IMG/VR virus record: IMGVR_UViG_3300005805_000275
Span: 1-32,614 of that record
Source of the DNA: a virus
Lineage: Duplodnaviria; Caudoviricetes
Length of the DNA: 32,614 nt
Direction: 5' to 3' (one strand)
Made by a program: the position numbers and the translations under genes. The notes beneath the pieces are model-generated. The model did not search any database. It was given only the letters and a program-made list of their open reading frames with translations, and was not told where the DNA came from. Of this stretch, positions 7,921 through 16,000 are shown piece after piece; the stretch's first letter is position 1; each line of letters begins with the position of its first letter.

Positions 7921-9226
7921 TGGGAAAATTGAGAACTACACACCGGATAGATTTCTTAACGGGGAACTCGACCCGAGAATCAAAGAAGCGTGTGATGTTC
8001 TTGATTTTGTAATCGCAGGAAACGGAACCATGTATCGCAAGGATATTCGTGGGTTCCTCCCTGAACTCATGGACAAGATGTATGCCGAGCGTAAGGAGTT
8101 CAAGAAGAAGATGCTCTCGGCCAAGGCCATGCTCAAGAACCTTGGTGAGGATGTCCTCCCCGACAAGAAGGACGAACTCAAGAAGGAAATCTCCAAGTAT
8201 GGAAACTTCCAGTTGGTTCGTAAGGTTCAGTTGAACTCGGCGTATGGTGCGTTGGGCAACGAATACTTCCGCTACTACAACCTGAACATGGCCGAAGCCA
8301 TCACGACCTCTGGGCAGTTGTCGATTCGGTGGATTGAGAAGAACCTCAACGAGTATCTGAACAAGGCGTGTGCCACTCAGGGAGTTGACTATGTTATCGC
8401 CTCCGACACCGACTCCGTTTACCTCCGTCTCTCCGACTTGGTGAACAAGGTCATCCCTAACAAGGACAGAAAGAAGACCACCGACTTCATCGACAAGTTC
8501 TGTCGTGAGGCTCTCAACCCCTTCATCAACAAGCGGTATGACGACCTCTCCAAGCGTATGAACGCCTATGCCAACCGAATGTCCATGAAGCGTGAAGCAA
8601 TCGCTCTGAAGGGCATCTGGACGGCCAAGAAGCGATATATGCTCACGGTCGTTCTGGGCGAAGACAATGTGTATATGGAGTCGCCCGAACTCAAGATTAC
8701 GGGCATCGAGACCGCTCGCTCGTCCACACCCTCCATCGTTCGGGACAGGCTCAAGGAAGCCATCTACATCGTGATGACGGGCAGTGAGGCCAAGATTCAA
8801 TCGTTCGTGACCAAGTTCTTCGAGGAGTTCAAGACCCTCCCCGTGGAGAAGGTGGCGTTCCCCCGTTCGTGTAATAGCCTTGACGAATATGCCGACCGCA
8901 GTTCCATCTACAAGAAGGCCACACCCATCGCCGTCAAGGGATCGCTTCTCTACAACCACTGGATCACCAAGAAGGGCCTGCTCCGCAAGTATCAGCCCGT
9001 TCGTGACTCCGAGAAGATTAAGTTCGTCTACCTTATCACGCCCAATCCCATACAGGATAAGGTCATCGCCTTCCCCAACAGCCTCCCGCCTGAGTTCGGG
9101 CTTCATGCCCACATCGACTACGACACTCAGTTCGAGAAGGCTTTCGTGGAACCCCTACAAAACATCACCGAGACTATCGGGTGGAAGTTGTTCGACACAG
9201 CCAGTTTAGAAGACCTCTTCGTCTGA
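7874..9226 (+). CDS. gp43B: DNA polymerase gp43, C-terminal subunit (fingers, palm, thumb)
   Basis: NGTMYRKDIRGFLPELM, motif B KVQLNSAYGALGN, motif C SDTDSVY, KKRY, C-terminal clamp-binding SLEDLF. Confidence 0.93.
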   Translation: MTKKEAAKFLLSVMRNGKIENYTPDRFLNGELDPRIKEACDVLDFVIAGNGTMYRKDIRGFLPELMDKMYAERKEFKKKMLSAKAMLKNLGEDVLPDKKDELKKEISKYGNFQLVRKVQLNSAYGALGNEYFRYYNLNMAEAITTSGQLSIRWIEKNLNEYLNKACATQGVDYVIASDTDSVYLRLSDLVNKVIPNKDRKKTTDFIDKFCREALNPFINKRYDDLSKRMNAYANRMSMKREAIALKGIWTAKKRYMLTVVLGEDNVYMESPELKITGIETARSSTPSIVRDRLKEAIYIVMTGSEAKIQSFVTKFFEEFKTLPVEKVAFPRSCNSLDEYADRSSIYKKATPIAVKGSLLYNHWITKKGLLRKYQPVRDSEKIKFVYLITPNPIQDKVIAFPNSLPPEFGLHAHIDYDTQFEKAFVEPLQNITETIGWKLFDTASLEDLFV

Positions 9227-9235
9227 CCCCTCACC

Positions 9236-9242
9236 CTAAATA
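9236..9242 (+). promoter_or_regulatory. Late promoter CTAAATA, 6 nt before an SD-less ATG
   Basis: CTAAATA-CGGCAT-ATG(9249). Confidence 0.6.
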
Positions 9243-9248
9243 CGGCAT

Positions 9249-10025
9249 ATGGAAACATTCAAGTCCCATGTTGGAGAGCAGGTCACCTACCCCCATGTTC
9301 ACCTTTCGTTCGATGACCATGCGATTGGCTCCATCTCTATCATGAGGGGTTTCTTCCTCAAGTATAGAGTCAAGGCAGTGTTCTATGTGGACTCCTTCGA
9401 CACGCTTGATGAAGACGACCTTGATAATCTTGCGGCACTTCGAGCGGACGGCCATGTCATCGGTTGCCATGGTCTGAATCATATTGATGCTTTGGAATAC
9501 TCCAAGCGATACGGAATCGAGGCTTACATTGATGAAGAGGTTCTCCCCGCCATGGAAGCCATGGCCTCACAAGGGTTTTCGCCAACACACTTCGCCTTTC
9601 CATACTCAAGTTTTGACGAGCAACTCTACGATGCCGTCTCCAAACTCTTCTGCTATGTCAGACCCGGAAACGAAAGCCACTACTACACCCCCTCCCGAAT
9701 GTATTTCGAACCCGACCGATTCACAGGAAGCGAACTGAGCATTGAGCATAAGGTTCGCTCTGGCGACCTCGTAGGAGCCATTAGAGGCATTACGGAGCGT
9801 CTCAAGGCAGGGTATGGCATCAGCATAGTCATTCACGACATCCGCCCCTCTGACGGTCGTAAGAGCGAGGGGTCGAGGGCATCCGCTAACGCCTACCTTA
9901 CGCCCGAAGAGTTCGTAACCATATTGGAAGCGATTCGGGGTGTGGGCAATGTTCAGTATCAGACCTTCGCTGATGTTTGTAAACAAGGCAAAGATTCGTT
10001 TGACAAGCCGTCCGCTTTGTCGTAA
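9249..10025 (+). CDS. Polysaccharide deacetylase (CE4/NodB-like)
   Basis: LSFDD, GHVIGCHGLNH metal motif, FAFPY, IVIHD. Confidence 0.85.
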   Translation: METFKSHVGEQVTYPHVHLSFDDHAIGSISIMRGFFLKYRVKAVFYVDSFDTLDEDDLDNLAALRADGHVIGCHGLNHIDALEYSKRYGIEAYIDEEVLPAMEAMASQGFSPTHFAFPYSSFDEQLYDAVSKLFCYVRPGNESHYYTPSRMYFEPDRFTGSELSIEHKVRSGDLVGAIRGITERLKAGYGISIVIHDIRPSDGRKSEGSRASANAYLTPEEFVTILEAIRGVGNVQYQTFADVCKQGKDSFDKPSALS

Positions 10026-10052
10026 ACTTGTCCCAAATAAGGAGTCTTTATC

Positions 10053-11114
10053 ATGAGTTTTCTGAAGTCGTTGATTAAGAACAGCGGAAACGAATACGCA
10101 CGCTTGGCCGTGGATGGCACAGAGGCCGACATTACGGGCTTCGTTGACACGGGTTCCTATGCCTTCAACGCCCTTGTCTCAGGCACGCTCAACGGCGGAA
10201 TCGCCGACAACAAGGTGCTTGGCATCGCAGGTGAGTCGGCTACGGGCAAGACTTACTTCGCACTTGGCATCGCCAGTCAGTTCCTTCGGGACAACCCTGA
10301 CGGAGCCATCCTCTATTTCGACTCGGAACAAGCCGTGACGAGCGAGATGATTAAGACCCGTGGCCTTGACCCCGCCCGAGTCGCCGTGTTCCCCATCGCT
10401 ACGGTCGAGCAGTTCCGACACCAGTTGCTCCAGATTCTCGACAACTATGAGAAGTCCGAGAAGAAGGACAAGAAGCGAATCATGGTCATCCTCGACTCGC
10501 TCGGTATGCTTTCGACCAGTAAGGAAATGAACGACAGCATGGAGGGCAAGGAGACCCGAGACATGACCCGCTCACAGGTCATCAAGGGAACCTTCCGCAC
10601 GGTCACCCTCAAGTTGGGTCGGTTCAATGTGCCTCTCATCGTGACCAACCACACCTACGATGTCGTGGGTGCGTATGTTCCTACGAAGGAAATGGGTGGC
10701 GGTTCGGGTCTGAAGTATGCCGCTTCCACCATCGTCTACCTCTCCAAGAAGAAGTTCAAGTTGGGTGATGAGGTGGCGGGCAACATCATCACCTGTAAGA
10801 CCTACAAGAGCCGTCTCACCAAGGAGAACCAGTCGGTTGAGGTTCTGCTCAACTTCGACACGGGTCTCGACCGCTACTACGGCCTCGTTGAACTCGGTCT
10901 CAAGCATGGTGTGTTGAAGAAGGCTTCGAACAAGATTCAGTTCCCCAACGGAACGGCGGCGTTCGAGAGCCACATCAATAAGAACCCCGATAAATACTTC
11001 ACACCCGAGGTGATTGCCTCTCTGGAGGAGGTCGCCAAGGCTGAGTTCAAGTATGGCCAAGGTGATGACCTGAAGGTCGATGAAGAAACGGGAGAAGTTC
11101 TCGATGAAGAATGA
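10053..11114 (+). CDS. uvsX: UvsX RecA-like recombinase
   Basis: DTGSYAFNALVSG, Walker A AGESATGKT, YFDSE, LDSLGML, NHTY, MGGGSGLKYAAS. Confidence 0.96.
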   Translation: MSFLKSLIKNSGNEYARLAVDGTEADITGFVDTGSYAFNALVSGTLNGGIADNKVLGIAGESATGKTYFALGIASQFLRDNPDGAILYFDSEQAVTSEMIKTRGLDPARVAVFPIATVEQFRHQLLQILDNYEKSEKKDKKRIMVILDSLGMLSTSKEMNDSMEGKETRDMTRSQVIKGTFRTVTLKLGRFNVPLIVTNHTYDVVGAYVPTKEMGGGSGLKYAASTIVYLSKKKFKLGDEVAGNIITCKTYKSRLTKENQSVEVLLNFDTGLDRYYGLVELGLKHGVLKKASNKIQFPNGTAAFESHINKNPDKYFTPEVIASLEEVAKAEFKYGQGDDLKVDEETGEVLDEE

Positions 11115-11328
11115 TGACTGGTACATTCTGGACGACAACGAGGAGCCTCTGAGTGAAGAACAGCAGGAGGCTCTCCAGAAAGCCTACACAACCTTTATGA
11201 AGAACTTTATGGACTATGTTTACAATGTAGACCCGCAACTCTTCAAGCAAGCCAAGGACTACGCCATCGACTACAGCGGTAATGATCGCATCCAGTTCTT
11301 TGATCGTGATAAGGAAGGTAATGAATGA
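11104..11328 (+). CDS. Small acidic hypothetical protein
   Basis: ATG 11104 after GGGAG, overlapping both neighbours. No recognised motif. Confidence 0.6.
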   Translation: MKNDDWYILDDNEEPLSEEQQEALQKAYTTFMKNFMDYVYNVDPQLFKQAKDYAIDYSGNDRIQFFDRDKEGNE

Positions 11329-12104
11329 GACTCGTAGTGAAGTTCCCCACACGGGGCCGACCCGACAAGTTTGTCGATGTGTTGAATCGTTATATCAACT
11401 TCGCCTCTGGTATGCGAGATGTACACTATGTCATCTCGATGGACCACGATGACCCAACGATGAACAATCAGAATATTATTTCCCATCTGTCACGCCTTCG
11501 TGCCAGAATGGAAGACCGTGTTCACTTCGCTTACGGTTCATCAAAGGGCAAGATTGAAGCCTGTAACGCCAACCTTGATATGGTTCGCCGCCTTAATCCT
11601 CATGTCATTATGCTTGCTTCAGACGATATGATTCCCATCGTGTCGGGCTACGATGACATCATCTGCAAGGACATGGCGAAGTATTATCCCGACATGGATG
11701 GGGTGCTTCACTACAATGATGGTTTCTCCGGCAAGGACAAACTCATCACCCTGAGCATACTTGGGGTAAAGTACTTCGACCGATTCGGATACCTCTACAA
11801 CCCAGAGTACAAGAGCGTTTTCTGCGATGACGAGTTCACCCGAGTTGCCCGTGAGTTGAACAAGGCAGTCTACATAGACAGGTGCATCATTCAGCATCAG
11901 TGGGTGGGCATACCTTATGTCCTTGCAATGCAGGGTCAGATTCAACCACAGCAAATCAAACGAGATGCTGTCCACGAACGAAACGAATCGCAAGATATGT
12001 ACAGCCATGACAAGGCTGTGTTTGAGCGAAGACTCGCAATGAACTTCGGTCTGAAAGCGAAAGAGAGTGTTAATAATGAGCAACCAAGCACGACCACGGT
12101 ATAG
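11325..12104 (+). CDS. GT-A fold glycosyltransferase
   Basis: KFPTRGRP, DHDD, KIEACN, DxD-like ASDDMIP, FCDDEF, IQHQW. Confidence 0.8.
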   Translation: MRLVVKFPTRGRPDKFVDVLNRYINFASGMRDVHYVISMDHDDPTMNNQNIISHLSRLRARMEDRVHFAYGSSKGKIEACNANLDMVRRLNPHVIMLASDDMIPIVSGYDDIICKDMAKYYPDMDGVLHYNDGFSGKDKLITLSILGVKYFDRFGYLYNPEYKSVFCDDEFTRVARELNKAVYIDRCIIQHQWVGIPYVLAMQGQIQPQQIKRDAVHERNESQDMYSHDKAVFERRLAMNFGLKAKESVNNEQPSTTTV

Positions 12105-12675
12105 ACTTTCGATTCTTATTCCAACATTGGACAACAGGCGTGAAGCATTGGCGCAACTTCTTGCCGCCCTCGATGCACAGAAGACGGATGAGGTTCAGGT
12201 TGTCACCCTGAGTGACAGCGGACAGATGTCCATCGGACAGAAGCGTAATATGCTTTTGTCTCAGTCTCAGGGCGAGTATGTGGCCTTCGTGGACGATGAT
12301 GATATGGTCCCAACCGATTATGTCAGTCGCATCCTGAAGGCTCTGGAGAGCAACCCCGACTGCACCTCTCTCACAGGCCGCATCACTTTCTCGGACGGCT
12401 ATAGTCGCCCCTTCATCCATTCCTTGCGATATGACAAATGGGTTGACGACCACGAAGGCAAGGTGTACTATCGTCCCCCGAACCACCTCAACGCCGTCCG
12501 CCGTGACCTCGCCGTCAAGGTGGGGTTCCCGCCGTGGAACAGCGGAGAAGACCGATACTTCTCCCACCACATCCGCCCCATGCTCAAGCGTGAGGAGTGG
12601 ATTGAGGGAACGCTGTATGAATACAAGTGCCGTAAGACTTTCGAGGAAACCCATAACAATCAGGTGAAACGATGA
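12076..12675 (+). CDS. GT2 glycosyltransferase
   Basis: LSILIPTL, IGQKRN, GEYVAFVDDDD, GED. Confidence 0.88.
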   Translation: MSNQARPRYRLSILIPTLDNRREALAQLLAALDAQKTDEVQVVTLSDSGQMSIGQKRNMLLSQSQGEYVAFVDDDDMVPTDYVSRILKALESNPDCTSLTGRITFSDGYSRPFIHSLRYDKWVDDHEGKVYYRPPNHLNAVRRDLAVKVGFPPWNSGEDRYFSHHIRPMLKREEWIEGTLYEYKCRKTFEETHNNQVKR

Positions 12676-13319
12676 ACAAAGAAATTATCCTCACAATTGC
12701 AATACCATCTATTCCGTCCAGAATCCGAATGAATCTCGAACCGCTTTTCTCTCGTCTCATGGCTCAGGTGGGAGACAGAAAGGATGTCGAAATCATTTCA
12801 GTTCTTGATAATAAGTCCATGACAATCGGAAGGAAACGACAACTTCTTCATAAGATTGCCAGAGGAAAGTATTGCGTTATCATTGACGATGACGATGATG
12901 TGACTTCTGACTTCGTGAAAGAAGTCTGCAAGGCAATCGAAGAGAACGATGGTGTCGATGTCATCGCTTACGACCAAGAGGCAATCATCAATGGCGTGTC
13001 TTTTCTTGTGACATCAGATATTAAGCACCCATGCTCTCCGTTCGACCAGTTGCCCCCAAGACCAAGAGACCCGCAAGGGAACTTCATTCCGTGCAAAAGA
13101 CCTCCGTGGCATTGGTGCGCTTGGAGAACTGAACTCGCACAGCAATGCCCGTTTGGGGATTCTTTCTCAGGAGAGGATACGATGTTTGTTGAGAATGTTG
13201 TGAAGATTGCCAAGACGCAACACAAGATAAACAAGATGCTTCATGTCTACAGGTGGTCGGCAACCGCCACCTCTGCGCCTTTGATCGCAAACAACCCGAA
13301 TAAACCAGTGGTGCTTTGA
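12672..13319 (+). CDS. GT2 glycosyltransferase, paralog of the preceding gene
   Basis: LTIAIPSI, IGRKRQ, GKYCVIIDDDD, GED. Confidence 0.85.
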   Translation: MNKEIILTIAIPSIPSRIRMNLEPLFSRLMAQVGDRKDVEIISVLDNKSMTIGRKRQLLHKIARGKYCVIIDDDDDVTSDFVKEVCKAIEENDGVDVIAYDQEAIINGVSFLVTSDIKHPCSPFDQLPPRPRDPQGNFIPCKRPPWHWCAWRTELAQQCPFGDSFSGEDTMFVENVVKIAKTQHKINKMLHVYRWSATATSAPLIANNPNKPVVL

Positions 13320-14071
13320 TGAAATCTAAATTATTCGTAGTGTTTCACTCTAAACTTCACGAAAACCAGTATCTTGGTAAAGAAGATCGTTACACCTTCG
13401 CCAAGGTTGGTGAACAGACAATGTTCATCGAGTCAGACTTGATAAAAGGGAGAGTCACTGACTCAAGAACGATGCCCGTATTTGTGAACAAGGGCAAGCA
13501 TTGGGCTGAATCGGAGTTCTTAATATCTCTATACGAAACAGTCAAAGCCAATCCGAGTTATCTTGGTGACAGCGAATTTGTCGGGTTCACTCAATACGAC
13601 CATACTACCAGTTCAAAGAGTGGAGTCGATTTGATATCTTTCTTGGACAGCGTTACGCTTGATGATAGCAATTATGTGTCCATGTCGCCAATAGACATGG
13701 GGGAGGAAATACACAGAAATCACATTGCAATGGATTTTAGTAATCCCCAAAAGTTGCAAGGTGACCCTCTCTGTTATTTTCCGATGATAGCAGACTACAA
13801 CCGATTCTATGGAACAAATCGCAAGTATGCGGATTTTGTGTCTTCGCCTAAAATAGCATTGTGTTCATCGTTTGTGATGTCAGTAAAGAATTTCATGAAG
13901 ATGATGGAGTTCTGCGTTTGGTCTTCTACCAGAAACAATCTGGATCAGTTTGACCCACAAAGAAAGCATCGCCTCGCTGGAGGACTCATGGAAAGATACT
14001 ATGGCTGTTGGCTTATACTGTCGGGACTCAATATGATTCAGTTTCAGGTAAGTGGATTGGAGAGACTTTAA
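13319..14071 (+). CDS. Putative glycosyltransferase (DUF4422-like)
   Basis: AESEFL, FVGFTQYDH, SSFVM...F, RLAGGLMERYY loosely match DUF4422. Located within the GT cluster. Confidence 0.45.
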   Translation: MKSKLFVVFHSKLHENQYLGKEDRYTFAKVGEQTMFIESDLIKGRVTDSRTMPVFVNKGKHWAESEFLISLYETVKANPSYLGDSEFVGFTQYDHTTSSKSGVDLISFLDSVTLDDSNYVSMSPIDMGEEIHRNHIAMDFSNPQKLQGDPLCYFPMIADYNRFYGTNRKYADFVSSPKIALCSSFVMSVKNFMKMMEFCVWSSTRNNLDQFDPQRKHRLAGGLMERYYGCWLILSGLNMIQFQVSGLERL

Positions 14072-14073
14072 TT

Positions 14074-14877
14074 ATGAACCACACACCGTCATATTCAATA
14101 GCAATATCAACTTTCGTGTACCGCTTGGACAAGTACTTCAAGCCACTCATGAATACTGTCTGCTCGATGCGACCAGACATCGACAAGGTTATCTTTGTGA
14201 ACGGGCAACACAAAAAGGACTTTGACCAAGAGTACAGAAAAGAGATAATGAGATTCTGTTCGTATTGCCCCCGAACCTATCTTATCATGTCTCCGATTGT
14301 TCGTGGCTGTTCTTTCATGTGGAACACCTGCTTCAATTTCACCAACACGGACTACATCCTCAATCTCAACGATGATGTTGCATTAGGACAGGGATTCTTT
14401 GATGACTACGAATCCATGTTGAGAACCACTCGACAAAACGGAGGTGATGAATCCTTCAGAATCAACTATAGTTTCTCTCACTTCAGCGTTTCCAGAAAAG
14501 ACTTGTTCGATGTCGGATACTTCGATGAGAGACTTCTGGGATTCGGAGAGGAAGACGGTGATTGGCTTTGGAGGTGGGAGGTAGCAAAGAAGAGACCACT
14601 CAAGTGCTACATGACGAACAAGATTCACAACTACATCGACATGGCATCAACCAATGCGGAAAACATGGTGAAGCATAACGAGGGGGGTGGAAAATACTCC
14701 GCTTTCAATAGGAATCTAATCTTGGATAAGATTTATGAGTTCCCCTCCACGCCAGACCCGAGCCGACCTACACACGATGGTCTATATGGTCGTCCTGCAC
14801 AAATGAGAGTTGGTTCGGAGACACCACAATACTATCCTGCGGAGAAGTGGTATCGAGACAACATAAATAAAGTGTGA
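14074..14877 (+). CDS. GT2-like glycosyltransferase
   Basis: SIAISTF, GCSFMWN, ILNLNDDV, VGYFDERLLGFGEEDGDW. Confidence 0.85.
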   Translation: MNHTPSYSIAISTFVYRLDKYFKPLMNTVCSMRPDIDKVIFVNGQHKKDFDQEYRKEIMRFCSYCPRTYLIMSPIVRGCSFMWNTCFNFTNTDYILNLNDDVALGQGFFDDYESMLRTTRQNGGDESFRINYSFSHFSVSRKDLFDVGYFDERLLGFGEEDGDWLWRWEVAKKRPLKCYMTNKIHNYIDMASTNAENMVKHNEGGGKYSAFNRNLILDKIYEFPSTPDPSRPTHDGLYGRPAQMRVGSETPQYYPAEKWYRDNINKV

Positions 14878-14902
14878 CAACAAATAAAGGGAAATTTATA
14901 AT
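14862..14902 (+). promoter_or_regulatory. Candidate promoters at the start of the AT-rich sugar sub-cassette
   Basis: GTGACA 14874-14879, 17 nt, TATAAT 14897-14902. A late-like CATAAATA lies at 14862-14869. Confidence 0.5.
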
Positions 14903-14921
14903 AATTGGGAGATTTTTGTTT

Positions 14922-15626
14922 ATGAATGTGAATATTGGGGTGTGCGTCAGTGGTCAGATGAGAGCGATTGATTCGTGGGACACATTTGCCCCGTACTTAA
15001 AATCAAACTCTCGCTCGGCCAAAGTATTTTTACACACTTGGAAGCAACAAGAAACACAAAGAGTTTTCAGGTTTTTTGACCATAAATTAGGTCAATTTTA
15101 TCCACTTGTATATTCAAACCAAGAAGCAATCAAAAAGATTCAACCTAATCAGTGTTTGATAGAGGAAAATACTGAGGATGTCGTAGATGTGTGTAGGGGT
15201 ATAGGCCCAACCGATGTCACTCGGCACAGAGTTTTAAGTATGTGGCGAGGGCAGTACAAGGCTTGTGAACTTGCCACAAAACATGATACATTCGATATTA
15301 TGTGTAGAACAAGGTCAGATATCGTTTTTGAAACTGATCCTTTTGTTTGTCTTGAACATGAAACAATTCAAGAGGGCGTGGTTTACATCCCTGAGGGTCC
15401 GAATGGAGGTGACCCCGAGTGTTCTCCAGACATTGCATTGCATGATTGGTTTGGAATTGCCAAACCAAACACATTTGTAAAGTTTGTATCACTATACTCG
15501 AAACTTCAGGAATATTTTCGTTCAAATCCAACACTTTTTCCAGAAGTTATGTTGAAGTATCATGTTGACCAAATGGGACTTAGAATAGTTAGATATCCCG
15601 TGAAATATTTTATAAAAAGAGTTTAA
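14922..15626 (+). CDS. Capsule/LPS-locus-type protein, probable GT-A-like transferase
   Basis: IGVCVSGQMR, VFLHTW, SMW, FDIMCRTRSD, DWFGI, PEVML, a pattern recalled from polysaccharide loci. ATG 14922 after GGAG. Confidence 0.6.
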   Translation: MNVNIGVCVSGQMRAIDSWDTFAPYLKSNSRSAKVFLHTWKQQETQRVFRFFDHKLGQFYPLVYSNQEAIKKIQPNQCLIEENTEDVVDVCRGIGPTDVTRHRVLSMWRGQYKACELATKHDTFDIMCRTRSDIVFETDPFVCLEHETIQEGVVYIPEGPNGGDPECSPDIALHDWFGIAKPNTFVKFVSLYSKLQEYFRSNPTLFPEVMLKYHVDQMGLRIVRYPVKYFIKRV

Positions 15627-15645
15627 TTATTTTAGGAGAAAACGA

Positions 15646-15999
15646 ATGTCTGAATTATCTAAAGTAAACAAGCCTTGGGGTTCATATGAAACGATTTACT
15701 CAGACGAGAACACTCAAGTAAAGGTCATCAAAATTTCTCCCTCACAAAGACCAAGTTATCAATACCATTTCAAAAGAAGCGAAACTTGGGTTGTTGTGAA
15801 GGGAATTGGCTTACTTACGCTTGATGACCAAGACCGAGAAGTAGCCAAAGGCGATGTGATTTTTGTTCCAAAAGAAGCAAAGCACAGAATCAAAAATACT
15901 GGAACAGAGGATTTGATTTTTGTTGAGGTTCAGATGGGAGAGTATTTCGGAGAAGATGATATCGTTAGGGTGTCAGACGATTATTCCAGAGGAATGTAA
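15646..15999 (+). CDS. Cupin, type II mannose-6-phosphate isomerase C-terminal-like
   Basis: KPWGSY, SYQYHFKRSETWVVV, HRIKN, IFVEVQMGEYFGEDDIVR. Confidence 0.9.
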   Translation: MSELSKVNKPWGSYETIYSDENTQVKVIKISPSQRPSYQYHFKRSETWVVVKGIGLLTLDDQDREVAKGDVIFVPKEAKHRIKNTGTEDLIFVEVQMGEYFGEDDIVRVSDDYSRGM

Positions 16000-16000
16000 A

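Noticed and set aside
7080-7960. Group I intron in gene 43
   Set aside because: Only 52 non-coding nt, occupied by promoter, hairpin and SD. The endonuclease overlaps 43B and I see no P7-like core.
7078-8030. Split intein joining gp43A and gp43B
   Set aside because: The Cys in NICPST aligns with the conserved NISPET. 43B has only about 20 extra residues and no His-Asn followed by Cys/Ser/Thr.
7904-9112. 402-aa minus-strand ORF, and similar ones at 26627-27577, 27887-28918, 5853-6518, 19447-20082
   Set aside because: Antisense shadows of codon-biased plus-strand genes; no motifs or expression signals.
11104-11328. gp40 head vertex chaperone by position after uvsX
   Set aside because: Synteny only; no sequence resemblance I can support.
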